This document shows positions 56,215 to 64,000 of a stretch of DNA of 64,000 nucleotides, piece by piece (within the stretch, counting starts at the first letter, position 1; each line of letters starts with the position of its first letter). The notes below the pieces were generated by a model. The model was not told the origin of the DNA. It saw only the letters and a list, made by a program, of their open reading frames with translations, and ran no database searches. The position numbers and the translations under genes are program-made. The stretch spans positions 96,001 to 160,000 of IMG/VR virus record IMGVR_UViG_3300037255_000025. One strand, 5' to 3'. This stretch comes from a virus. Taxonomy: Duplodnaviria; Caudoviricetes.

Positions 56215-56460
56215 CTAGTCGCGCGCGAAGCTATGGAGGTCGCCGAGGCGGACAACGATCTTGCGCCCGTCCGCGGTCGTGACGTCGACCAGCGTATCGG
56301 GCGACTGGGCGTGGAAGGCGAAAACGTCCGACATCTCGACCTCGACCTCGGTGTGACCCGCGAGGCTCGTCGCGCCCGCGGCGTCGGTGACGACCTCGCC
56401 CCCAAGGAAGCAGCAGTGGATCGAGGTCTCGGTCACCAGGTTCGTCGTCTCGTTGCTCAT
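56215..56460 (-). CDS. hypothetical protein
   Basis: Directly downstream of a sigma70-like promoter. Confidence 0.55.
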   Translation of the reverse strand: MSNETTNLVTETSIHCCFLGGEVVTDAAGATSLAGHTEVEVEMSDVFAFHAQSPDTLVDVTTADGRKIVVRLGDLHSFARD

Positions 56461-56465
56461 GTCTA

Positions 56466-56520
56466 GAACTATAAGACGAGTTAGGCAGAGCGCAAGTGTT
56501 AGAAGAGAATTAAGTTCAGG
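56466..56520 (-). promoter_or_regulatory. strong sigma70-like promoter, leaderless
   Basis: TTGCGC-N16-TATAGT with AT-rich upstream tract; ATG 7 nt after the -10 box. Confidence 0.65.
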
Positions 56521-56526
56521 GGACGT

Positions 56527-57039
56527 CTATCTGGGTTCCCTCCCACACGGCCGCCAGACGACGACGACGCTCGCGAAAAACCCGCTGGCTCGGTACGGCC
56601 CCCCGGTCAGGAAGCGAACGCGGCCCCGGATGTACCGGACCTCGGCGTGACCGATCACGTCCTCGTGCCACCACGCCAGGTCCGTCGATGCAGGCAGCAG
56701 GCCGACGACGAGCGCGCCGCGCGCAGCCTCGTTGCGAGCCTTCCTCGTCCAGGCGTAGACCTCGCGCCCGTAGGGCGGATTCATGAAGACCCTCTCTCCC
56801 GACCAACTCGCCGAGAGCCCGTCCGACGCCTCGTCGAAGTAGCGCGGACACTTCGCCGTCTGGGTGGTCGCGCAGGGGTCGAGCGTGAAGGCGAACTCCG
56901 CGTGAAGCGGGTCGAAGACCTCCGGCGGCGTCTCCCAATGCCGGCCATTTCCGTTGTACCGCCCATTGTTTTTCGCGCGCGCTCCGCCGAGTACCGCGGG
57001 GTTGTCGGTCGCGGCGATAGTTCTGCGGTTCGCACTCAT
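56527..57039 (-). CDS. phage DNA N6-adenine methyltransferase (Dam family)
   Basis: WETPP..F, FTLDPCA, FMNPPYG, LLPASTD..W, GRVRF. Confidence 0.88.
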   Translation of the reverse strand: MSANRRTIAATDNPAVLGGARAKNNGRYNGNGRHWETPPEVFDPLHAEFAFTLDPCATTQTAKCPRYFDEASDGLSASWSGERVFMNPPYGREVYAWTRKARNEAARGALVVGLLPASTDLAWWHEDVIGHAEVRYIRGRVRFLTGGPYRASGFFASVVVVWRPCGREPR

Positions 57040-57476
57040 CAGGGGACGTACTTCCCGGCCGCTCGGCGGCGCAGGACCAGCTCGCCGAACGCGTGCTCGA
57101 AGTCCTGCCAGTGCTCGGCGTTGCGCTCGTGGAGCGCGATGAGGTCGCGCTCGCTGACGTAGGAACCGTCGTCCATCGCGGTGTCCATCCACGCCATCGC
57201 GCCCGGGATGTCCTCCTCGGGCGGGTACGGCTTCGGCTCCGGCGGCGACAAGCGCGGGGGCTCACGCACGGTCGCACCCACGAAGCCCGGGACATCCATG
57301 GTCTTGGGCCCCGTCGCGTGCTGCGTGTACTGCTTGAACCAGAGTCCGCGCCGGGAGCGCGTCAGCGGGTCGTCCGCGCCCTCGTCCAGCTCGATCTCCT
57401 TGTGGAACAGCTCGCCCGCCGCCTTGGCGAGCGACGCGTCCGTGTAGCCCAGGATCGTCAGCTCTGCGTAGTACAT
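57039..57476 (-). CDS. hypothetical protein
   Basis: AAC-N15-TAAGG motif upstream; TGATG-coupled to the MTase. Confidence 0.55.
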   Translation of the reverse strand: MYYAELTILGYTDASLAKAAGELFHKEIELDEGADDPLTRSRRGLWFKQYTQHATGPKTMDVPGFVGATVREPPRLSPPEPKPYPPEEDIPGAMAWMDTAMDDGSYVSERDLIALHERNAEHWQDFEHAFGELVLRRRAAGKYVP

Positions 57477-57516
57477 CTTGAGGCCTCCGCCGGTCCCTTA
57501 CCCCCCGCGGGCCCCG

Positions 57517-60500
57517 TTAGTCGAAGTTGATGCCGCCTGCCTTCATCGCCTTGAACAGGCTCTCGCGGTCTTGGTACCCGTAGGTCTTACCCTTGTACTG
57601 GACATCGTGGTCCTCCTTGGGCAGCACCAGGCCGTTGTTGTGTCCCGGCCCCGCGATCATCTCGCGCTCGTGCTTGTAGGTTGAGGAGAACGTGCCGTCG
57701 TCCAGGACCTGGTCGAAGGCGGTGTGGTCGATCGGGCACTTCCACCGGAGCAACACACCATTATGGCCGGCGAAGAAGTCCTTGGAGTGCTTCTCTCCCA
57801 TCGACCAGCTCGCCAGCTCCGCGTGTTTCTTGATCGTGACGGTGCTGACGGTGTCGTCCTTCCAAGCCTTGGCCATCTCGATGGCGGTCTCGGGCTCGTA
57901 CTGCATGCCCCGCGTGAGGTCGAAATGCGTTGGGGCCTGGGCGTCCTTCACGCCCACATGCTCCAGCATCGCCTTCCACCGCGCCGCCCGCGTCTCGACC
58001 GCCGCCGCCATCGTGGCCTTGGTGTTCGGCAAGACCGGCTGCCGAGGCGCGCCCTTCTCGGTCACGTCCGCGAACGCGGCGTAAACACGTCCGTGGGCAC
58101 CGCCGTCGGAGTGGCCCTGCGCGGTCCACTCCTTAACGATGCTCTTGATCGCGTCGTGGGTCGCGCTTGAGAGCCCGACCCCCTTGTTGACCGCGGCGAT
58201 GGCTTTGTTTTGCTTCGTGGAGCTGACCGGTAGCTCGGCGAGCGCCGCGGCAACCTTGTCGTGGGCACCGCCGTCGATCGCGTTCTTCAGGCTCAAGACC
58301 TTCTCGGGCGGCGCGACCGGCTTGGGCTTCGACGCCTCGTACGCGTCGCTCGCCTCCTTCAAGAGGCGCCCGCGGGTCTCCAGCATCTCGACCACCTTGG
58401 CGTGGTCCTTGGGCGCGAGGTCCGGGATGCGGTCCTGGACGTACTTGGTCCAGCCGCCCGGCGCGGCCGCGAGCTTCGTGATGCGCTCGACCTGTTGCCG
58501 GAAGCCCGGGGCCTCGAACGCGTTCTTGACGCCCGCGGCCTCGAGCACCTTCGCGTACTGGGGCGCGACGGACTTGTCGAAGCTGCTCGTCAGCTCTCCG
58601 ACCTCGAGCTTCCCGGGCTTGTCACCGCCCTGGGCCTTGAACAGCAACACGCCGCCGTTGTCGACGCGCGCGATCGAGCCGTCCGGGAGCTTGAGGACGT
58701 TGTCGCCGCTATACCCGATGACGTCCCGGTTCGCCAAGAAGACGTCGGCGGCGAACCCCTGGGCGACCTCGCGCGCGTCGCCCTTCGATGGCGACAGCCC
58801 CAGCGGCAAGCCCCCCGGGAGGATCGTCGACGCGTACAGCGTCTTGCCCTCGTGCTGGAAGACTTGGCTCTCCGGCGCCTTCACGCCCAGGTCGTTATAA
58901 AGCTGGTTGGCGAGGTGCTCGACGTGGGCCTGCGACGGGTTCGCATACTCCTTGATGTAGCGCTGGACGCCGTCGGTCCCGAGCCAGAAGCCGCTCTTGC
59001 CCAGGGCGTTGCTCCCGGCGGCGCCGCCGGTCTTGGTACCCAGGACGGTCGTGCCGACGCTCTTGACGGGCGGGGCGTAGTCCCGGCTGAGCAGATCGGG
59101 CTGCTTCGCCAGCTTGGGCCCCAGCTCCGCGAGGATCTTCTTGTCGCGGTCCATGTTGAGAAGCCCCGCGGCGTCCTTCAGCGTCGTGAGCTTGACCGCT
59201 TGGGTCTCGGCCATGCCGCCGGGCGGCGCCTTCAGGCCGTCCCGAGGGTCACCGCCGACCCGCTGGGCGATGTAGTAGCGGGTCGTGCTGACGCTGCCCT
59301 TGTAGTCGCCCATGAGGCCGACGATCCGCACCTTCAGCCCGCTCTCCTCGTGGACCTCCTTGAGCGCGTTCTGCTGCGGCGTCAGGCTCTCGCCTGCGTC
59401 CATCTTGCCCTTGGGCCATGTGTTCTGCGCACCACCGAAGTGGCCCTTGGGCTCGTAGATCCACATGCGCCCGTCAGGCTCCATGACGATGCAGCCGGTC
59501 GAGATGTGCGACCCGGTCGGCATCGGTCCCTCGCCGACCTCAACGTCCTGGGTGTGCTTCCAGAAGCCCCCCGCCTCGGAGTTCAACGGCACGCCGTTCA
59601 GCGTCGTCGGCGCTGGCGGTCCGAGAGCGATGCCATCCGCGGAGACGCCCTTGTCCCCCCAGGCGCACAGTGCCTTCGGGTCCCCCAACGGGTTCGGGGG
59701 CTCCGGGGGCGACACCACGGGATCGGGCGGCGCCGGGGCTGCGACCTTCGCCGCATCGGCCTCGGCCCGGAGCGCCGCCTTGATGGCGGCCCCGTTGGCC
59801 TCGTTGTGCGCGTTGGCGGCGTTCACCAAGGCGTCGACGCCCGCGAGCCCGTGCTTGCCGTTCGTGGCGGACTCGGTCTTGATCGCGTTGACCAGCGCCT
59901 CGCGCGCGGTCTCGTGCGCGTCGGCGGCGGCCCGGTAGACCTCCGGGGTCTTCTCCAACTCCGCCTTGGCGGACAGTCTGTTGGCGTCGCGGCTGGCGTT
60001 GATCGCCGCGACCATCGCGACCTCATGGGCCGCGTGTTCCGGCTTGATGTCGCCCGCGCCCTTGACCAGGTAGTTCTTGCCCGCCCGGGCGTGAAAGTCC
60101 TTGGCCCGCTGGGCCGCGGCCGCGGTCATCTCGAGCTTCTTGAGCGCCTTGGCGTGCTGCTCCGGGGGCAGCGTCTTGAGCGTGGCGTCGATCTTCTTCA
60201 GCAGCGCCTCGTGGGCCGCGGCCGTGATGACCTTGCCGGCGACGACCTTGCCCAGCGCTTCGGCGTTCTGCGCGGCCTTCTTGGCCCCGGCGATGAACTT
60301 GCCGTGCTCGTCGCGGATGACCGTAGATTCGTCGAAGTCGCCCGCCTTCTCGACCGCGAAGCTCAGCTGCACCGGGGCCCACGCGGCGCGCAACGCGGCC
60401 TTGGTAACCTCGGGGTCAAGCGGGGGTGCGTTCGGTACGGGTGCGCCAAGTACACCGCGAGCGCGCGCCAGCGCCTTGAACAACCGGTCACCGGACGCCT

Positions 60501-60825
60501 CCGGGGGCGCCGCCTCGTGGACCGACCTGGACGCCGTGTTGTGCGCCGCGGTCTTCTCGAAGCGAGCCCCGACGAGCGCCCACGCAGCAGCCCCCCGCGC
60601 GTTCTCGGCTACGCCGGGCCCGTCGTCCGGTTTAGCCTCGGCGGGTGCCTGCTGGGCCTTCGCGACCGTTTGGAACGCCTGCGTGACCGCGGCCCACACG
60701 GTGTCGCTCAGGGCCTTCTCGACCACCGCGCGGGCCGCCGGGTCCGCCGCGCTCAACGCCTCCTTGGCCTGTGCCAACGCGGCGGCGATCTTGGTCTGGG
60801 CTTCGCTGGCGTCCATCTCGCGCAC
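57517..60825 (-). CDS. polyvalent protein: helical N-terminus + Nudix hydrolase + PI3/4K/HipA-like kinase + ADP-ribosyltransferase-like domain
   Basis: PKGKMDAGES..NALKEVHEESGL Nudix box; GSN..YIK..E.LA..LY...G..P, D.FLANRDVIG..DN..RVDNGG.L kinase; TRG..SWS..EREM ART triad. Confidence 0.75.
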   Translation of the reverse strand: MREMDASEAQTKIAAALAQAKEALSAADPAARAVVEKALSDTVWAAVTQAFQTVAKAQQAPAEAKPDDGPGVAENARGAAAWALVGARFEKTAAHNTASRSVHEAAPPEASGDRLFKALARARGVLGAPVPNAPPLDPEVTKAALRAAWAPVQLSFAVEKAGDFDESTVIRDEHGKFIAGAKKAAQNAEALGKVVAGKVITAAAHEALLKKIDATLKTLPPEQHAKALKKLEMTAAAAQRAKDFHARAGKNYLVKGAGDIKPEHAAHEVAMVAAINASRDANRLSAKAELEKTPEVYRAAADAHETAREALVNAIKTESATNGKHGLAGVDALVNAANAHNEANGAAIKAALRAEADAAKVAAPAPPDPVVSPPEPPNPLGDPKALCAWGDKGVSADGIALGPPAPTTLNGVPLNSEAGGFWKHTQDVEVGEGPMPTGSHISTGCIVMEPDGRMWIYEPKGHFGGAQNTWPKGKMDAGESLTPQQNALKEVHEESGLKVRIVGLMGDYKGSVSTTRYYIAQRVGGDPRDGLKAPPGGMAETQAVKLTTLKDAAGLLNMDRDKKILAELGPKLAKQPDLLSRDYAPPVKSVGTTVLGTKTGGAAGSNALGKSGFWLGTDGVQRYIKEYANPSQAHVEHLANQLYNDLGVKAPESQVFQHEGKTLYASTILPGGLPLGLSPSKGDAREVAQGFAADVFLANRDVIGYSGDNVLKLPDGSIARVDNGGVLLFKAQGGDKPGKLEVGELTSSFDKSVAPQYAKVLEAAGVKNAFEAPGFRQQVERITKLAAAPGGWTKYVQDRIPDLAPKDHAKVVEMLETRGRLLKEASDAYEASKPKPVAPPEKVLSLKNAIDGGAHDKVAAALAELPVSSTKQNKAIAAVNKGVGLSSATHDAIKSIVKEWTAQGHSDGGAHGRVYAAFADVTEKGAPRQPVLPNTKATMAAAVETRAARWKAMLEHVGVKDAQAPTHFDLTRGMQYEPETAIEMAKAWKDDTVSTVTIKKHAELASWSMGEKHSKDFFAGHNGVLLRWKCPIDHTAFDQVLDDGTFSSTYKHEREMIAGPGHNNGLVLPKEDHDVQYKGKTYGYQDRESLFKAMKAGGINFD

Positions 60826-60838
60826 CGTACCACGATCG

Positions 60839-61126
60839 CTAACGACCTCGGGGGCGACCGCCCTTCCGACCGATCGCGCTCAGCTCCGCCGCGGACAGGT
60901 TCCGGGCCCGAGCCTCGCCGCCCCGTCGACCTAGCGCCCTCATGTGCTCCCGCGCGCTCTCCGCCAAGCAAGCCATCAGTTCGTTGGGCGTCACGGAATG
61001 CCGAACCATGCGCCGTACCGCCTCCACGGCACACGTTCGCGCCTCTTCCTCGGGCGTTGTGTTGTGTGATGCCCGCGCGATAAGTGCTTGGATCTGCGAG
61101 AGAATCTTTGGATCTGTCGGGCTCAT
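60839..61126 (-). CDS. DUF2786-like N-terminus fused to KGG-type repeats
   Basis: KILSQIQALIARA...EEARTC; ALGRRGGEARARNLS...SAIGRKGG. Confidence 0.55.
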   Translation of the reverse strand: MSPTDPKILSQIQALIARASHNTTPEEEARTCAVEAVRRMVRHSVTPNELMACLAESAREHMRALGRRGGEARARNLSAAELSAIGRKGGRPRGR

Positions 61127-61253
61127 GAGGTCGCGATAACCTAGCGGCTAGGTTTCACAACGTGATCGCCGATGTAGCCCAGGGGGTTCTCCGCCGTCAT
61201 GGGCGCAACCCCTCCGGGGGAGCTTTCGATAAGCTCCGCGACCTCATCGTCGG

Positions 61254-61856
61254 TCATGTGGTTGGGTTGGGCTGGGCCGTGTCGAGGAACCCGATCAGCT
61301 CCGACAGCAGGTCCTGAACCGGCTGGGAGGCGTCGAACTGGTGCCCAAGATTCGGCCCAGTGCCCCAAGCCTCCGCAAACCGGCGGGACTTCGTCGCGCG
61401 GCCCAGCATCCAGTTGGGGTTCTGGTTCGAGCCCCGGGCGGCGCGCCTCTCCGCCAACAACGGCTCAGGCGCGACCAGGTGCGCGACCGCGAGCGTGGCC
61501 CCGGGGCCCGGTCGACATTGGCCCGCTACGGAGCTGCGGTCGAAGAACCGCGCGACCTTCTCGAGGCTAAACCGGTCACCGTCGAAGACGGTCAACGGGC
61601 AGCCGTGGAGCGCCGGGTCCGCGGCCCATGAGTCCAGCGAGGCCTCGACGCCGTTGTACGGGACCGTGTCGGCGCCGTCGAACGTTCCGCCCGTGTAGTG
61701 TCCCGCCGCGACCATAGCGCCCGGCACGACGGTCCACTTGGGCTTGGGCGTGCCATAGCGAAGTTGACCGGAGTCGAGCCAATCGAGCAGCGCCCGAACC
61801 AACGTCGTCTTGCCGCACCCCGGCGCACCAACGACCCATAGAATGGTGGGCGTCAC
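61254..61856 (-). CDS. P-loop nucleotide kinase of the type linked to DNA base-modification loci
   Basis: WVVGAPGCGKTT; GHY..GTFDGADT; FDGDRF; RRAARGSNQN..W..GR.TK. Confidence 0.75.
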   Translation of the reverse strand: MTPTILWVVGAPGCGKTTLVRALLDWLDSGQLRYGTPKPKWTVVPGAMVAAGHYTGGTFDGADTVPYNGVEASLDSWAADPALHGCPLTVFDGDRFSLEKVARFFDRSSVAGQCRPGPGATLAVAHLVAPEPLLAERRAARGSNQNPNWMLGRATKSRRFAEAWGTGPNLGHQFDASQPVQDLLSELIGFLDTAQPNPTT

Positions 61857-62086
61857 GACCACGACCGCGACCGCGACCACAACCCCGACCCCGACCGCGA
61901 CCCCGACCCCGACCACGACCACGACCACGACCTCGACCACGACCGCGACCGCGACCCCGACCGCAACCGCGACCCCGACCTCGACCCCGACCACGACCCC
62001 GACCGCGACCTCGACCGCGACCCCGACCACGACCCCGACCGCGACCTCGACGACTCGAAGCCTGCTCGCATGACCGCCGCGTTCAC
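61853..62086 (-). CDS. RS/SW/SG dipeptide-repeat peptide
   Basis: MNAAVMRAGFE followed by ~33 S-x dipeptides; GTGA overlaps at both ends. Confidence 0.7.
   Translation of the reverse strand: MNAAVMRAGFESSRSRSGSWSGSRSRSRSGSWSGSRSGSRLRSGSRSRSWSRSWSWSWSGSGSRSGSGLWSRSRSWS
61854..62052. repeat. degenerate 6-bp tandem repeat (CGACCN)
   Basis: Read directly from the sequence. Confidence 0.9.
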
Positions 62087-62433
62087 TTCGTCACCTTGGG
62101 CAATTCATGCAGCCACGGGAATGCGTCGCAGATAGCTCCACGCCCGACGACGAACCAACTCGGAGCCCGCTCGAACTCGTTGAGCTTACCGCTTGTCAGC
62201 ATCTCCGAGAAGCGACCCGTGTCGGCCACCCACCCGCCGTCCTCCAGCGAGATCCAGTCACGGCCAACCGCCTTCACCCGTCCAATGTCGATCATCGTCA
62301 CGGTGCGGATGAGTACTGCGTCCCCAGGGCCGAACGGAAACGGAGGCGCCTTCTCCGCCGACGCAGCCTTCAGCACCGGCATCATCGCCTGAATCTCGCG
62401 CAACTGCTTCACCGTCAAATCGTCGATGTTCAT
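62083..62433 (-). CDS. small beta-barrel (Sm/SH3-like) conserved phage protein
   Basis: G.AVLIRTVT...GRV...L....WVADTGRF...E.E....V..GAI.D..W...LP. Confidence 0.6.
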   Translation of the reverse strand: MNIDDLTVKQLREIQAMMPVLKAASAEKAPPFPFGPGDAVLIRTVTMIDIGRVKAVGRDWISLEDGGWVADTGRFSEMLTSGKLNEFERAPSWFVVGRGAICDAFPWLHELPKVTK

Positions 62434-62497
62434 GTCGTTTCCTTTTCGTTGTCTAGCCCGGACAAGCCTCCGGACGCCGGTTCCCATGTCAGCTCCC

Positions 62498-62766
62498 TTA
62501 CCCCGAGCCCGACGGCTCACCCTGGGTCCTCAGGACCGTCGGCTCGTACCCGACCTCGGCAGCGTACGCGGTCGCCGCCTTGCGGCCCGCGACCTGCCCG
62601 TCGCGGTAGCCGCGTTGGTACGCCTCGGTGTCGGCGCCGCGCTCCACCCTCATCGCGCGCCTCCCGGCACCGTCCTGGAACCCGCGGCAGTACAGTTGGT
62701 ACAGCTCCGCCGGTCGCCAGGCTCGCGGCGCGGCGTCAGTCAGCCCTTGGGCCAGTCGACGCGTCA
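62498..62766 (-). CDS. hypothetical protein
   Basis: Y.RGF.DG / YQRGY.DG repeats. Confidence 0.45.
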
Positions 62767-63012
62767 CGCGCTCGCCCCGGCGTCGGGATCGACAGCCTTG
62801 TGGCCGCACACGCGGCACGTGAGGGTCATGCCTGGGCCGTGCTGAACGCCACACGCCGGGCAGTCGTGGAACCCGTACCGGAGCAACCTCCGCTGCCGCT
62901 CCTCGTTCGCGATCCGCATCCTTTCGATCCACGCCGGAGAGCCCCAATCCTCCTCGTACACCCAACCGGGCGGACGCTTCCAGCCCGGGTTGCGCTTCGG
63001 GTCCGCCGTCAT
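62764..63012 (-). CDS. small zinc-ribbon protein
   Basis: CPAC, CRVC. Confidence 0.45.
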   Translation of the reverse strand: MTADPKRNPGWKRPPGWVYEEDWGSPAWIERMRIANEERQRRLLRYGFHDCPACGVQHGPGMTLTCRVCGHKAVDPDAGASA

Positions 63013-63281
63013 CGGACGTCCTCCGCGGCGAGTTCTTGGGCGAAGTAGTCCACGCTCGGTTCGGCGCGGACCTCGAAGCGCTGCTCCGGCGATCCCTCGC
63101 GGTCCTCCGCGACCATCACCACGTAGGTCGCGCCGCGCGCGAGGTCGTAGTCGCCGCGTTGGTCGTAGTTCTGGCCCCACTGTCGGGCCGCGGCCTCAGC
63201 GCTGACGGCTCGGATTGTCCCTGCACCGTCGCGGCCGCCGCCCAGCTCCGGACACCACACGATCCACGCCGTCACCGTCAT
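63009..63281 (-). CDS. hypothetical protein
   Basis: ATGA-coupled ORF. Confidence 0.55.
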   Translation of the reverse strand: MTVTAWIVWCPELGGGRDGAGTIRAVSAEAAARQWGQNYDQRGDYDLARGATYVVMVAEDREGSPEQRFEVRAEPSVDYFAQELAAEDVR

Positions 63282-63679
63282 TTGTCCACCTTCTTCGTCA
63301 GCTCAGCCTCGGCCAACATACGCGCGGCCGCGAAGCCCGTGGTCTCGTACTCGACGCCGTCGAGCCGCACGAACTCTTCGGCCGCACTGGCGCCTTCGTG
63401 CTCAGCCCGTGAATAGAGGCTGAACGGGTACCACGACACCGTCCGGTACGTGAACGACACGGTCCGACCGGGCTTATCGTAGCAGTACAGCGTAACCGAC
63501 GCGCGTTGGGGTACCGCGTCGAACCGTTCCCACAGCGTCGGGCGGCCCGGCTCGTGCTCCGACCAGACCCAGATGACGCCGTCACACTGTCGGTCGCTTT
63601 GCACCCGGGTCGGGCAGAACTTCGTCCCCGCGACCTCGACGGAGAAGTTGTACCTCACGTACAGCAACGAGGGCGCCAC
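63278..63679 (-). CDS. hypothetical protein
   Basis: Follows the TAAGGGG motif. Confidence 0.5.
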   Translation of the reverse strand: MAPSLLYVRYNFSVEVAGTKFCPTRVQSDRQCDGVIWVWSEHEPGRPTLWERFDAVPQRASVTLYCYDKPGRTVSFTYRTVSWYPFSLYSRAEHEGASAAEEFVRLDGVEYETTGFAAARMLAEAELTKKVDK

Positions 63680-63692
63680 GCGCTACCCCTTA

Positions 63693-64000
63693 CGTTCTCC
63701 GGGGCCGGTTTGCTTCACGAGGAAGCCTCCCGGTTCGGTTCCTGCCCAACCAGAGGTTTCGTACCGCTCGTAAGAGCAGCACCAGAGCCTCCAGGGCGAC
63801 AGGCTTGCACCGGGGAACTCCCGGCCAAATCCTTCAAGTTGATAGCAGCGTTGAGATCCCGATCGATCACGAGACCACAACGCTCGCATCGGTAGACCCT
63901 CTCGCTCAACGAGAGCGAGGTCTTCACCGCCCCACACCCAGAACACCTCTTGCTGCTTGGGTAGAAGCGGTCCGCGGTCCTTAGCTCGACCCCACGCCAC
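63693..64000 (-). mobile_element. tnpB: 3' end of a second tnpB element with reRNA (truncated by the window edge)
   Basis: CERCGLVIDRDLNAAINL; right end nearly identical to 17880-18009. Confidence 0.9.

Noticed and set aside
58261-61083. 940-aa plus-strand ORF and similar long antisense ORFs (24995-26224, 21898-23208, 20999-22084, 36939-38042, 36558-37760)
   Set aside because: Shadow frames of high-GC genes; the overlapping frames carry recognisable motifs and these do not.
61810-62073. Thr/Pro-rich ORF on + and poly-Val N-terminal extension of the kinase
   Set aside because: Alternative readings of the hexamer repeat; only the RS frame has coupled start/stop overlaps with both neighbours.
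1-64000. tRNA/rRNA genes, integrase/att sites, major capsid gene
   Set aside because: None recognised by eye; lifestyle (prophage versus lytic) cannot be determined from this window.

Overview
This is a 64-kb segment of a large, very GC-rich tailed phage or prophage. No integrase, major capsid gene or host housekeeping genes are visible. DAG/DGG acidic repeats in exported-looking proteins hint at a myxobacterial host. In order, the window carries: (1) a DNA methyltransferase-SF2 helicase fusion; (2) a nucleotide-metabolism operon (HNH, 5'-nucleotidase, ThyX, NMP kinase, 5'-3' exonuclease, dCTP deaminase) interrupted by an IsrB-omegaRNA IS200/IS605-type element; (3) an array of about 12 small paralogous ORFs sharing a C-terminal 'VPLADELLEREA' helix; (4) an IS607-like TnpB, with a second copy at the window end and an orphan reRNA-like copy at 53.7 kb; (5) head-assembly genes (XkdF-like protease polyprotein, scaffold-like protein, portal) with candidate virion cargo proteins (Dps, HNH, Nudix-kinase-ART) that share VxKA and RDxxGxF motifs; (6) tail/appendage-like genes and a lysis region; (7) a large terminase with a class 3 intein; (8) a DNA hypermodification operon (ParB-like, TET/JBP dioxygenase, GNAT, aGPT-PPlase2/AADT, FAD oxidoreductase) plus a distant P-loop kinase and a Dam-like MTase; (9) an Sm-like protein paired with an RS-repeat peptide. 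Two recurring promoter-like motifs are visible. All assignments come from motif recognition by eye; no searches were run.
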